Source of the DNA: Camelus ferus | Lineage: Eukaryota | DNA: 64,000 nucleotides | Assembly: GCF_009834535.1 (NCBI RefSeq) | Contig: NC_045697.1 | Coordinates: 89,592,001-89,656,000 of the forward strand | Reading direction: 5' to 3' | Shown: piece after piece, positions 37,841-53,039 of the stretch | How the letters are laid out: each line of letters starts with the position of its first letter | Numbering within the stretch: the first letter of the stretch is position 1 | Notes under the pieces: generated by a model | Seen by the model: the letters and a program-made list of their open reading frames with translations, nothing else | Database searches by the model: none | What the model was told of the DNA's origin: nothing | Translations under genes and position numbers: made by a program

Positions 37841-40299
37841 TTACCTAAATTTTACATATGGGTAAACTGGGGATTAGAGAGGTTAAATAATTTCCCACAA
37901 ATTAACACTTAGTAAATAAATAAATTTAAAAGAATTTTATAAATTTGAATATATCCTGATGGATATGAGTAAATAATTTGTGTAGTTTCTCTCAGGAGAA
38001 AAGCTCCACTCCTGCTGAATGAATTATGTATTTATTCATTTTTATTTTATAGTTCATATTACATTTTAATGTTAATATCTAATACCTCTAGATAGTTTTC
38101 CCACTAGTAGAATTAGTATTTAGAAATGACTTAATACTAATACTTAATATTATATTTGACTTGCATGATATATCATTAAAAAAACTACAATTTTTTTAAA
38201 CCTTGTCTTAATTATCTAACTTTAAGAGAGAGACATGGTGGCTTCCAACAGCCTCTAAGTCATTCAGGAAATGCAGACTGCTGGACAGAAATACAACATA
38301 GCAGGTAAATTATGAAGACTGACAGACAGGACTCCTTCAAGAAACTGCTGACTGAGGTTGGATTTAAGATTCCTGAAGCAGCTGTGTCTCAAGCTGGGCC
38401 ACTACGTGTTCCCACAAGGAGGGGCCCCATTACTTCTCATTACCAGGAGTTTTCTGGTGTTCACATTTCTTAGCATATAGACTCAGTTGTTCATAGAACC
38501 CAATGAGAGAAAAATGCTATGCTATCTCTAAAATTTGTATTCCCTTTCCCATGATCAATTTCTCCCCATAATGACTGACACTGAAAAAGACAACTTTCTG
38601 TTGAGGAAACCCCAAATTCTACTGATTGGTTAAGGCATTAGGCTAACCATGTACCTAAGAATCACACAGTCACCACACAGACTTCTGCTCACAATATTGA
38701 TTTTACACGAATAAAATAAAATACATAAGACATAAGAAAAACAACTGTGCTGAAATGAATGAGCTTTTAAATTATGCTTTAAATAAACAGATATAGTACT
38801 GGGTCCCATTAAAACCGTAATTCCAATAGACTTAAAAGGCAAACAATCTTTCAGGCTCTTTGCAAAAAAAAAAAAAAAAAAAGTAAAGAAAATTTAACTT
38901 AACAAATTTGCAACAAACAAAGTGTCAAAGAAATTTCTATTGGTGACAAACTCACAGGTACTAATAGTCGTGACATTACTGAAAATAGAGATAAAATTAT
39001 TTCACCCATAAAGTGTTCAACTTCCCCCTAGTATTTCATCTGCAAACCCTTTGTAAGTGCTTTCAATCTAGGTTGTCAACTCTAGTGTAGAGGCCAGCAA
39101 GAAGATGTAAGGGCCTTCATAAAAGCTTTTTAAGACAAAAAGCTTCTAAGAACAGAAAAGTCTGTTTTAACCAATTTGAATGAGGTAAATGAACTCAGCC
39201 TCTCAAAACTCTAAGGAAGCCTGCTATTCACACTTGAATGTATTTTAGGAGAGACAGAAATCAAACAAAAATGAGATTTGGTTTATTGTAGAGAGGAGAG
39301 GAAAGGACATTATATCCACTTTAAATTGAAACTCCATTGGAGAAAGAAACTCAGATCCACATGGAAATTTAGTGAAAAATTTTGGAAAACAAAAAACTGT
39401 TTGAAACAAATCAATTATATTATATGGGCCCCCCAAAAGAGAGAATTTGACTTAATCTTTTTTGATTCTCAAAATACAGAGTGAATGTAACCAACATCTG
39501 GGTAATATAAACAATGTGGTGATGAACATCTTTGTATAAAACCCTGTGTACATCAGTGTATGATTTCCTGGGATATATTCCAAAAAGCAGAATTTCTAGT
39601 TCAAAGCATCGAAGAGCACTGTGATCATAAAATCCCCCTGTTAAAGAAATAAAGACACCCATCAGACACCTGACTGCAGGTTCCCCTCGCAACTGTACCT
39701 TCCAACATTTGCCAATGGACAGGCTTTGCTGTTTTCATCCCTAAAATAGCCATGTCTGTTAACATGGCCACTCCACCTTATTCTAAGAGTTAAAAACCTA
39801 GATGGGACTGAAAAAAACTGAAAATGAAACAAGTAACCTCACTATTAACACTGTGAGAACAGACACTTACAATGCAAGCTGCGAAGTTAATAGGCAACAT
39901 TGTTTCTTGAAGGTCATGCAGCAGCTATAAAATGGCAGAACAACTGTCACTAAGTAACTACTGCTTTCTTAACAATGAGGTTTCCAGACCCACTTTACTA
40001 AACCCACCTATCACTGGGGATCTCCAAGTGCTAAACTATTCTCAACTCTTGGCAGCAACCAATCCCTACTTAATAGCTCTTTTCCTAGCCTGACCACAGA
40101 AGCACAACTGGCATATGCTGCCTGTACTCTCCTCCTCAGAATTCCTCGGAGGGAACCCAAACCTTTAAAAAGATGCTCCCCTCCTTCCTCTTGTTCAGTG
40201 GCATTCCGTGGTTCCCCTGGAGTGCCCTCCTTCATTGCATAGAGTCCATACAAATGATTCTGTTAGACTACATTAGCAGTTCACTCAGATCATGATTTG

Positions 40300-40870
40300 T
40301 CATAAAGCACATCGTGTTTCCCACTAACTCAAACAACCACTGCTAAGTCATGAAATTCCCTCCCACAAAAGACTCTTCTCGATTCCATCACTGCTTCAGC
40401 CACTTTTCACTCTCCAATACTGATCACTCGCTTCCCCAACCTCTGATTTCCACGACTACCTTAGATTACTGAAGGGCTGTTTGGCAAAGCCATTGCTTCC
40501 ACTCTCTGATACCATGAGGCTCTTTGGTCTTTTCTGCTGTAAACTATTCTGAAATGCCTACTTTATGTCTAGTCTTAAATGTCTCACAAGCACATAGAAC
40601 TCAGTATGCCAAAATATAAGAACTTGACTTTCCACCTGGAACATAATGTTTACAGTCTTTCTCTTTTTAGTTCCACTGTATACAATTGGTTAAGCTACAC
40701 ACTCAGTGTTCTCCCTCTCTTCACTGGTTGCAACCCATCAACAAGTTCTGCCAACTCGAGCTCAACAAGACAGACCCTGAAGCATTCTCTGCCCCCATCT
40801 TCACTGCCACCAGCTTTGTCCAAGACATTATTATCTCTTACCTGGTCTTCCATGATAAGTTCTCAATTAT
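40300..40870 (+). mobile_element. L2 fragment
   Basis: atgtctcacaagcacatagaactcagtatgccaaa...ccatcaacaagttctgcc...gtccaagacattattatctcttacctgg. Confidence 0.6.
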
Positions 40871-41149
40871 GCTTCCAATTTACTTTGGTTATTTTATAGA
40901 TAAATTTTTAATTAAAATATATTTATATAATTATTTTAATTACATGAATTATAAATCTTTTTTCTTATATGTTTTAATTAACATCTCTGCTAGGTACTTT
41001 GATAGGCGCTGTATACACACAATGAGGCTTACATCCTCCCTGCCCACAGGACAGTGGGGAAACTATGAATGAGGAGTGTGAGGAGTGGGAGAAGACAAGG
41101 GAAATCACAGAAAAGTGTGGGAATATATATGAAAATACAGTAAGAATAT

Positions 41150-41950
41150 TCATAAGGACACTTACTATGAAGCTAATGAAGCTTAAGCCAAAGGAGCTCT
41201 CACTTCCATGAGTTCATTTCAAAGCCCCAGGAGGGGAGTCCAGAAGTGTGTTTTCATGGTCATATGTTTTTGTGAAATATACAAAATTAAGATATTTGAA
41301 CTACAATTGTAAAGACCACTGTCTTTTTCCACTCCAACCTCCCTCAGACACACATTCTTTCATCTAAGGTAGCGTTGCAGTGGCTACAGACATTTTGAGG
41401 GATCTGGTAAAAGGGAGTTGAGTTGGAAATACATTTAGTTTTGGTTTAGTGGGATATATTTTTGTGGTTCACAGTTATTTCAGCATATACTTATATTCTT
41501 GCAAGCCTTCACACAGCAGTAATCACTGCAAAGAATGTATTTCCCCTACACTATGCCAATTCACCCATCATCCACACATAAAAGGCAGGACTACAGGCTG
41601 TATCACGTATGTCATAACATTTAGCAACTTAAATTCAAAAGAAACTTGCTACAAGTTTTACCAAACTTGGTATGAATCATAAAAACATTCTTGACATTAC
41701 CAGTAACAAATTGTGAAGTAGGGAACTTTTCAAAATGTCAATGATAATAATTTTAAAAGAAACGCTTACTTATTTTTCTAATGCTTATTACAGAAATTTG
41801 TATTATAAGATTATTGTCATAAAGAGGCAATCAGAGAGGCTGAAACAGTTTTTTTTAAAGGATCATAAACTCCTGACAGCTAATACAATTATTTTATTAT
41901 TTTATGGATACTATGATGTTTATAGCATTTGATAGCCTTTATTTTTTTAA
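41150..41950. mobile_element. hAT-Tip100-like DNA transposon relic
   Basis: Starts with aagctaatgaagcttaag, a motif I associate with Arthur-type ends; internal acattaccagtaacaaattgtgaag is hAT dimerisation-like. Subfamily uncertain. Confidence 0.5.
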
Positions 41951-44289
41951 TTCCAAATAACTGTGATTATACCTAAAAAGACAAGTAATGGAGGAGGGGG
42001 AAAGGGATCCACACTGTCATTTCATAAATGCATCTTGGACAACTGTCACTGAAAAGAGAGAAAGAGGGGAATCACTTCGTGGGTGACAGGGAGGAGTCTG
42101 AGGAAGTTCTTACTTGGTGGTCTAATATTTTGAAAGAAACAGATGGCTATTCTTGTTCATTAAAAATAGGAGGAAGATATAAAAGAAAAACTAGTGGTGT
42201 GGCACCATACTGGAATGACAAAAAAAAAAAAAAGTGTGTGAAGACTCAGACACATTACTAGTCAGGAGTAAAGAATTAGATCTTTCCTTTGTTTGCATGA
42301 CTTTTTTTTCCCCCATAGTTCTTAGAAACTGTGATGTAAGAGCTTATTAAATGTGGGTTAGATAGCAAAGAAGGGGAAGTTTGAATGTAACTAATAGATC
42401 CTGGGAAAGTGAAAATATTTGAGTCTCCAGGCAATTGATTATAGGCATTTAGGGATATACGAATGGGTTAATAAAGAGAGAGGAGAAAATGGCAAAAAAA
42501 AAAAAAAAAAAAAAAAAATTAGAGTATAATTTTCAGAGTTGGCTAAATTAAAGTTACTGACATGATCAAAGATGTTCATAACAATTAACAATGGGCAAAA
42601 GGCTGCTTAATTCAAGTCTGGGTGGTGGATGAGGAAAGGGTACATCAAACACAAAATAGGATGAGGGAAGGCGACACCGTTAAAGAAAGCTGCTCCTTCC
42701 ATTGGTCTCACCTTATTTACCACTTGGAAAAATAAACAAAATTCTCTAAAATTTTTATTTGTTTAGTGAATAAAGACAGGCCAGTATTTTATTTGTTAGT
42801 ATGATGAAGTTTAACTAGAACATAATATAGTTCTAAGGAACCACAATTTGATTTTTTTCTTTGTTCCCTTTAGGTCTGCCCTTTTAATTATTGATAATAT
42901 TATTTGAGTTTCTATTATATTCACCAATGATGAAAACTGCCTCTGAGGTCTCTGATATCCAAAATTTATCAAAATTGCCTACCACCTGCACAAAAGAGGT
43001 ACTTTTAAAGTCAGCCTCCTCAAATCCAGATGGGAGAGTTTGTCCATAAACTATATGCAATAGTTAGGATCAAATCTGAATGAACAGGACCACCAAAGCA
43101 GCAGTGATAAAAAGTGCTACAAGAATTGGAAATTCAAAATCATTGCTTTATGTTTACTGTCATAATTTCCATTAAGATTTATATTTATCTTGTTTCAAAA
43201 TCTTAATTTACTGTAAAGTTAAACTATTTAAGTAATAGTGAAAATAATTCTGTCTGGAAAAATTCTTCCCAATTTTAAACTCATATTATAAGAAGTTAAT
43301 GTATCTTATAACTTCCAGATTCTGATCAAGCAGGGGAAAATATCCTAATGCTGAAAGAATGTAGGGCTGAATGGGTTGGCTGAATGCAAATTAAGAAGAA
43401 AAACAGTATATTCAACACCTTCAGTTTTAGTTTGAAGTAATGGAAATGACAGACACAAATCTCTGTGGATTTTCTTGTTACATTTTCTGTCAGTTGTCTT
43501 AGTAAGAGCCTCTCCCACGATGTTACTTTTGCCTTTAAAGAAGTGTTAAATATTATTTAATTCCAATATGTTGCTATAGTAAAGAAGCCTTTGCTGTCTG
43601 CTCTTTGAAGATAGTTAAACTGAAAGGGTTGTGTAGCCTTCTGATTATTCCTGATTTTATTTTAAAGTCGGCAGCTGGGAAGAAAATCTTCCTAAAGGAA
43701 GTATGATATATGACTTGGTCAGGAATCAAAACACTTTGAAGTGGCTCCTGAGCCAGTGAAAGAAACCATCTGCCTGTGAAATATCTGTGAATGAAGTCTG
43801 ACAGTAAATATCAGACAAGTGAGCGTTACATGGCAACAGATTGCCACACACAGTTAAAAATCACGCTGAAATTTCCTTCTATGTGCACATTCATATGGAC
43901 ATCTAATTTTACCGATGAACAGCAATGATTGCTTGGCAGATCTAACCCATCATCAAATGCTTTTTGGCATCTAGTTTGGGATGTCTGTTATTTAACCTCT
44001 TTAGAATGATTTAATGGGACTGGACTAGTGGGAATGTGAAGAAATTGAGCCTGCTAGACCAGATTATTGAAGGAATTGTCCAAGTCAATAGCATCTGAAG
44101 AGGTCTATTCCTTTTGATCAGTAGGTTCCTTTACCTAATTCAACCCCTACATCTGAAGGTGATCAAGACTGCTTCTTCATTTCTGGTCTCTTTAATTAGA
44201 TTAGAATTCCTTAGCATTATATTTGGGGACAAAATCATATGCTATTTTCAAAGATAAATCTTAACAATACGTTTGTCTAATGTCTTCTA

Positions 44290-47200
44290 GTTTTTATCTA
44301 AGTATACATATAATATGACACAATTTAAGTTTATATAATATGCTTTTCTGTAGGTATATCATACTTAAATAAAAAGGCAAAATATATGTGTAGAACAAAT
44401 ATTTGTAACTTTTCATATAAGATGACTTAATATTACATGGTGCATATTTTACCAGCATTGTATTATTTAAAATGTATTTTAGTGCCTGCAAACTATATGC
44501 TATATTTTATTTAACTATTTCTTTCTTTTCCAGCTATTCAATATTATAAATAACATTTTATCAGATAGACTATTGCATAATAGTCATAATATATAAAATA
44601 ACTTGACCATTTTACCAATTATTTCTTTAGGTTAGTAGAAACATAATTATGAATAAATTGGTACCAATTTTTTAATAAAATTAATACAATTAAACTTCCA
44701 AAAGACATGGATGCAGTATTACTAATTTATATCTCATTGTCACCAAGCCTAGCTATATTTTAAACTTCTGCCAAATTATAAGGAAAACATTCATTGACAT
44801 TTAAATTTCATTACTATGAATATCAATATGGTTGGATAATCTTGGCTCCTTTAATTTTTTTGTATTAAGTCCTTGTATATAAATGTATATATCATTATGA
44901 TTTTCAATATGATACTTACATATAATTCACACAAGACAGTATTTTCTGGATAATTTTTTTCTATTATTGGTGTACCTTTAAATATTCGTGATGGTAATAC
45001 ATCCTTTGCATATTGTAGTTATATATTTTAATATTTGGTGATATAAGTATCCCCTCAATATTCTTTTCCTACCAAATTATCTTGGCTAAGTTTTGCCCAA
45101 TAATTTTTCAAGATTTCTTTAAAAATAAATTTTATTTTTTAACAAAAAGCTTCAACTGTTTAAGTACAGTGGGGCTACTTCCAGTGTTTGGCTATTATAA
45201 ATAAAGCTGCTATAGACATGCATATACAGGTTTTATGGGAATATAAATTATAATTTCTTGAGGATAAATACCTAAGAGTGAAATACTGGGTCATGATGGT
45301 TTTACATAAAAGTTTTTGAAATAAACTGTCAAATGCTTTTCCAGAGTGATTGTAGTATTTTTACATTCCCATCAACAATATATAACCAATACATTTTCTC
45401 TGCATCCTCACCAGAATTTGGAGTTGGCATTATTTGTAAACCTAGCTATTCTGTTACTTGTGTAGTGATATCTCATTGTGGTTTTAATTTGCGTTTCTCT
45501 AATACCTAATGATGCTGAACATCTTTTAACATGCTTATTTCCCATATGTACATCCTCTTCAGTGACAGCTTCATGTTTCTGTCCATTTTCTAATTGGATT
45601 GCTTGTTTCTTTCAATGGATTTGAGTTTTGATAATTGTTTACATAATCTGGACAGTAGTCTTTTGTCAGATATGTGATTTGCAAGTTATTTTCTTCCAGT
45701 ATATCTCTGCATTTATTTTGATCTTTAATTTCTTTCCTTAACAATTTGTAGTTTTCACCATACATATTTCATATAAATTATCTGATTTGCAGCTGGGTAT
45801 TTTTTGACTGATTGTTAATGGTATTTTTTCCAATTTTTCATGTCCATGTGTTCATTGCTGATATATAGAAATATAATTTATTTTTGTAGGTCTATATTAT
45901 TTCTTGAAGCATTGTTAGATTCACTTATTATAAGTTTTTTTTTTTTTTGAAGATATGTTGGGATTGTCTATGAAAATGATCATGTCTCCTGCAAACAGAG
46001 GCAGGTTCACTTTTCCCTTTACAAACTGTGCCTTTTATTTCCCTTTCTTCTTTATTGCGCCAGCTAGAATTTCAAGCTCTGAGTTACTTTTGAGTGGTGG
46101 AAATGGATGAACTTGTCCTGTTCCATCTCAAAGAAAAAGCATCCTTTTTCCACCATTAAGTGTAACGTAAGCTGTTGGTTTTTCTATACTTTCTACTAAG
46201 TTGAGATTTTCTTTTTATTCTTTCATTTTCTAAGAGAGTTTCTATCTTGAATGGGTGTTGTTTTCTGTACTGACTGATACATTTTTTATTAGCCTGTTGA
46301 TTACATTGATTTTTGTTTGTGGAACCAATACCTGCATACCTGAAATAAGCCCCACTTGATCACTGTTGTTTTTTTTTTTTTAATATATACTGATGAAATC
46401 TATTTGCTAAGATTTTGTTAATTAGTTTTGCATGTATATTGGTAAGTCTTATTTGTCTCTAATTTCAATTTTTGTGTGTATGCTGACTTTTTCTGTGTTC
46501 TTTATCAGGGTAATATAAAATGTATAAGATAAATTGGAAACTGTATCATTCTTTTCTCTTTCCTAAAAGAGATTATGTAGAATTGGTATTAATTCACTAG
46601 AAGTTTTGTAGAATTAACCACTCGAACCATCTGGGATTGGAGATATCCTTCTGTTAAAAATATTGATTCAATTTCCTTAATAGTTCAGGAGTTTTCAAAT
46701 TCTCTATTATATACAGGGTGATTTGTGGTAGTTTGTGCTTTTTGAGGAACTGGTCCATTTTATCCAGGTTTTAAAAATTTATGTGTATAGAATTGTGACA
46801 ATCATCCCTTATTATTATTTGATGTCGTCAAAGTTTGCAGTGATGCCCCTGGATATTAACAGTTTGTGTCTTCTCTTTTTCCTTTTTGATAGCACTGCTA
46901 GCGGTTTGTCAAATTTATTGATCTGTTTGTAGAACCATTCCTTAATTTCACTGATTTTAACCAACTTTTTTTTCCTCCTGTTTACAATTTGATTGATTTT
47001 TGCTGTTGTCTTTATTAGTTTTTTCCTCTGTTTCCTTTTGATTTATTTTGCTATTGTTTTCCTAGTCTCTAGAAGGAGGAGCTTACATTTTTTAGTTGAG
47101 ACTTTTTCAATTTTCTAATGTATGTATTTAGTGTTATAAATTTCCCTCTCAATGCTGCTTTATCTGTGTTCCACAAATGTTGATATGCTGTGTTTTAATT

Positions 47201-48420
47201 TTTGTTCACTTTAATGTATTTTTTACTTCCCTTGAGAGTTCGTCTTTGATGAATAGATTATTTAGAAGCATATGCTTACTGGCCAAATATTTAGAGATTT
47301 TTCTGTTAATGTTACCGATTTCTAGTTTGATTACATTTTGTATTAGAAAATACATCCTATATGATTTCTTTTATTTTAAACATGTTGAGGAATTTTTTTA
47401 TGGTAAAAGTCCCATGGACAGTTAGAAAGAATGTGTATTCTGCTATCTGGGGGAGTGCTAATTAAATACTGTTGGGTGATGGTATGGTTGAGTTCTTCTA
47501 TATGCTTGCTGATTTTATACAGTTGTTCTATCAATTGTTAAAAGAGGGATTTGAAGTCCAGTTATAATTGTGAATTTCTCTATGTCTCCTTTCTGTTCTA
47601 CCAAGTATTTTTCCCACATATTTTGCTGTTATGTTGCTAAGTGCATTCACATTGATGGTTGCTATGTCTTCTTGGATTGTATTTTTTTTTATTTTTTTGT
47701 AATGTCTCTGCTAAGCATTTTGCTCTGTCTACTTCATCTAATATTAATATATTCACTCTTGCTTTTTAAAAACTATTGTCTGTATGATATGGGTTTTCCA
47801 TCCTTTTACTTTCTACCAGACTATACAGTTAGATTTGAGATAAACTTATAGACTGATATAGCTGAGTCATGATTTTTAATCCACTCTATCAATCTGTCTC
47901 TTTATTACTGTATTTAGACTATTTATATATATAATTATTAATATGTTAGGACTTTAGGTTGCTGTTTTTGTTCTGATTTTCATTTCTCTGCCTTCATGTT
48001 GATACTTGAACACTTTTTAGAATTTAATTTTGATTTATTTGTAGTGTTTTTTGAGTGTTTTTTGTACAGCTGTCTTCACAGTTGCTCTAGCAATTGCTTT
48101 GCACATATATGTAACACTGTCTACTAGTATTTTCAGTTCCAGTGAAATGTAAAAATATCATCTTCCTTTATGCTATTTTCCCCATTATAACATAATGTTC
48201 TTAAATAGTTTCTCTATATAAACTAGAATCACTGAAACACTGTTATGTTTTTCTGCTTCAACCATGAAATATGATTTTGAAAACTGAAGGAAAGAAGGGA
48301 ATAGTATTTTATTCACCCTCCCTATTTCTGCATACTATGTTTTTACTTCTTTTCTGATATTCCTAGATCCCTTTATATTTTTTCCTCTCTGTTTACAGAA
48401 ATTCTTTTATCCATTTTTTT
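44290..48420 (-). mobile_element. Antisense old L1 block (several fragments)
   Basis: T-rich strand with L1 hallmarks; track ORF 45571-45765(-) MYGENYKLLRKEIKDQNKCRDI resembles ORF2. Confidence 0.85.
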
Positions 48421-51400
48421 CAGTGTAGGTCTATCCTCAAATATAATTATGTTTAAATTATGATCTACCATTATCAGAGAGAGAGAGAGATAAGGTAAGG
48501 GGAAACCACTAGTACTAAATCAGCAGTGTAGTTCATGCAGGATATAAACAGGAATCTAAGATTTTAATTCAATTAGCGTCATCAAAAGAACATAATGATT
48601 ATTTTGCATGACTATTGCCTGTTATGTTAACAGTCTAGGGGATACTGTTGCTTTAAGAGAGGTAAGAGAGTCTCTTGCCTTTTGTTATGTCAAAAATTAA
48701 GCCAAACAGACAATAAACTACTAATGCTGAATTGTATGCCTCACTTTGAAACAGGCATTTTTTCTAAATAGTTTAATTTTATTTAAATCCTTGTAACACC
48801 ATTTAAGGTAGGTATCTTATTCCCATTGGTGGTATCAAGGTCACAGAGTGGTCAAACTCAGAGATTTGGGTCAAATCCACACATGACACCAGAAACCACA
48901 TTCTTGCCTACTATATACTACACTATCTTTTTATATCCTAGAAAGATATCAAATAGAAGTAACAAATGTCATTCTATTTTCATTGACAGTACAATTAAGA
49001 ATAAAGTAATTTATTTAAGCTAACTTGATAACAGTAAGCTAAAGAGTCTCCTTTCCAGTTCATCTTTGGAAATCTCAGCCTGGCCCCACGTGTGTGTGTG
49101 CGTGCGCACATGCATGCATGTGCATAACTGCTTTTAATAAGATGAACCAAAACTCTGCACTGCAATAAAATGTGATGAAGACCAGGAAAAAATAGTATAA
49201 AGGATTTAATTTAATATGATAGGAGTTCTTTGGAGATTTTCCAAGATAAGCTATATTTAGGCAAATACAATGATAAGATTTTTATGTGTCGTCTACGACT
49301 CCTGTTAGATCTTATTCACTGTTGTCATATATCAGGTATTTTACCATACATCCAAACAATCCTGTTTCTATGATAAAAGCAAGCATTCAGTATATTCATA
49401 CAATAAACTACATGTAATATGATACTCTAACCATTCTTATATATTAGTATCCTGTGCCTACTATGTAAGTCATACTGTGCTGACACCATGAGCTTCTTGA
49501 AGTTTCTAAGACAACCAGCTAGCTCTGACATAATATTGCTTATAATTTTCACAGTGGTCATCCTTAATATTTCCATAGCAAAATTTAGTCATAGAAATGC
49601 ACTTTATATCTCTGTGCACATTGTTTACATCCTATCAAATCAAATTAGTATCTTTTCATAATCTATCACATATAAAACTATGCTGCTTTTTTAAGCTCTT
49701 GGTTTGAAAGCTCCTAGTCAGTTATTCAATTCGCCAACCTGATTTTCTCCACTTAAAAGAAATTTTTTCTAACAAAAATTAACAAAGTAAGCCAACGAAC
49801 GTTGTTTACTCTTAATATGTTCCTGTATCAGGTACATTCTCTTCATTTTAGTCCTCTATCATTCCAAAAAAGCTTGCTTTTAAATATCTATATGTCAATG
49901 TCACATTTTTTTATTGTCAATACAAATACTCAAATGAAGAATAAAACAAACATAATTAAGTTTTATGTAACAAACATGAAATGTAATTCCTATTCATTGT
50001 ATCGGTCCCTTTTCAAAGAATTTAATTGTTATAAATTATATAAATTATTAATCAGTGGTGTAATTTTAAATTTCAAGTATTGTTACTCAATACTTTTTCC
50101 CCAGATTCCAAAATTGCTGTCGTATACTTGAATATTATGTAAAACCCATGCCATTAAGAATTTGATGCATGATGCATGGTGCATGCGTCATATTTTCTAT
50201 CTCAGTACTTCACTCTCTCTAACCTTGTTTTATGGAGGAATCCAGGCAGCCTACAGAACACACACACACACACACACAAAATGATGGAACACAAGAAAGA
50301 AACAAATTTCAGACTAAAAACAAAATACTGGTCCTGAAATAAAATAAGATCCATTTCAAAAAACGTAGATGAAGGGCTCCATATAATTACTATAGTTCAG
50401 CTTTAAATTAAATTCTGAGTTTCTTGGCAATGGATACAAAATATACTTTACTATGTAGGGTTCTTATGAGAGAGAACTGACTGAACACAGTAACAGTGTA
50501 GCAACTGTAAGAATGAACTGAACATCCCTACAATTTACACTTGAGATCTTCAATTTAAAACATACAGTAACAACATCAACACTCAGCACACTAAAAGAAA
50601 GATTATTCAGGAGGTTAGCAAGAGATAAAGTTTTTCCCATGGGTCTCCTTGGAGCATTTTAAAATTTGTGGAGGTGAAAGGAGAATTATTGGTGTTTTGT
50701 ACAAAGAGGCTAGGAATGATCTAGAAATCTGCCTGAGTTACAAATTCACTGCATGGTATTTACAATTAATTGAACTTAGAAACTAACACTATTTTAAATA
50801 CAAATATAAAGTATTTCTTTCAAAAGCTATTTTGCATAGAAGATAAATACTGATAAATCAATAGAAAATTCCATTTGTCTGGTTTGGAAATGAATTATTT
50901 TTCAATTTTGGGAAAATCAAACCACCATGTCAAAAGTATCTGAATCGCCAACCTCAAATTTGCATCAGTCTGTTTCTGTACCTGCCCATTTTCCCTGTTC
51001 CTGGTTCACTGAGGAAGTATGTGTGTGTCTTCATTATACCTTCCAGGGTACTCATACCCACACATTTTTATATTAAAATATATTAATATATTATGAATTA
51101 TTTATTTCTTACTTATTTTGTACATTAGCCTTAGGAACTTGTGTAGGGTTTTTATTTGAAGTTTCATATGAGAATAAAATTGTTAACCACTAATATCTTT
51201 TAAGTAAAGTGTCTATTAAAAAGTACTTCATATTAAAAAGTGAAAAGAAGGCTTTTGTTCTGGTGAGCTTGAGAATCACTATTACTTTTATGATGCTTAG
51301 CTGAATACAAGTGCAGAATTTAAAATAAATAGAGATGTATAAAAGACTTCATCCTTAAAATGATTTCTGCAAAGTATAACATCTTTCAATTTTTAATGAG

Positions 51401-53039
51401 ATTTAGAAGATTAATAATTCAAACAAATATTTTCTAAGTCTAGAAAGTTTTAATGTTGTTATTGAGGAAACATTTATCTGATTCATAATGTTAGATTCAG
51501 TTCTATGAGGGAAAATAAAACTACTCTTTTTAATATATGAAAATATGGTTAACAGAATTGACATATATAGCTTCACTGAGATATTAACCACTGAAGAAGG
51601 CTAAGTAAAAGAAATTATATGATTTGATTTAAATTACTTATTTTATCTCTAAGATTTCCCTTGCCCTGGACAAGTCTTCTCCATAGGATTACATTGTACA
51701 CTAGAAATAAAATATAAATAATGAATCATGGATAAAGCAATAAAGAAAAAATACACCGTTAAGTATATTTATCCAAACATAAATTTAAATCTTAAAAATT
51801 TACATTGTAAGTTCCTAGGAAATGATCATATGCAATATCTCACAAGAAAACCATTTTTAATTAGATTATAAGAACTGTTACACATGCAAAACTATGTATC
51901 TTCAGTGTTCACTCATAACAACACCTACCACAAATTTAATTAATTCTGAAAATAAATGTGCCATGTTTTCTTTTTCAATTATTTTCTCAACTGTGAGCAA
52001 ACATGAGTTGTCCGTATCCAATTTTAAAACTGGAGTGTTTGGTTAGAAAATGAAAAGAAAGTATAAATCTCTGACATGGGCATGCACAGATGTTTTTAAT
52101 AAACGTATCAGCATTATAAATGACAATGAAACTTTCTCTGGGAGGAAGGCTTCCTGTGCTGCTGTTGTTATTGTTATTTTATAGTGATTATATTTAGGTC
52201 CCAGGGTAAAACAGGTACCCAATAGGGATTTCCAGCAATAAGCCTTGGAAAAAATAAGTGGGTTTATTGTTTTATTTAATTTTCATTTTGCTTTAAGATA
52301 TGAAGGTAAATACATGTAGTATTCAATCATATCTTAAATGCTTTTTTATTTTTAAAGTAATAATTGACTCCATTCTTGGATCAAAGAATTAACCAACATT
52401 TATATATTTTTTACATAAAGGATTATGTAAACTTTTTTACCTAAAATTGGAAATCTCATTTAACCTTCTTTCTTTAACTTCTATCCCTCTTTTCCAGAAA
52501 AGAATAAAATCATTTTTCACTTCTGTTTTATATCTTCCTGGCTTACCCTTTACACATAAAGCCACACACCCTTCACAAATGTGCACACATGCATTAACAC
52601 GTTTACATACATGGGAACAGTACTATGTGTTATTGTGAATAATATTTTGTCATGTAAATTTAAAATTATACTCTGAAAACTACAATATCTCCACACAATG
52701 TATATTGATTATATCTAATTAATAGTAAAATTAATTAATACACTAAAATAACATTGTTCACTGTTTCCAAAAACATCATTAGTTTATTCAAAAATATATA
52801 ATTCAGAATTTCTGTGAGAAAACAGTAGGTGAGACAATCTTGAAGTTCTCTTAAGGGTGGGAATAGTTTGTATACCCACTAACCAAAGCTGAACGACATC
52901 TTAACACATGCTGCACTGTAGAGTCTTCAAAAGGACATTGCTTTATTAGTTAAGCCAAATTAGTCCTAGATTAACAACTAACCTGAATTTGCCTTAAAGA
53001 AGCTTTAAGACAAATCTTAAAACAACCAAACTGATTCCA

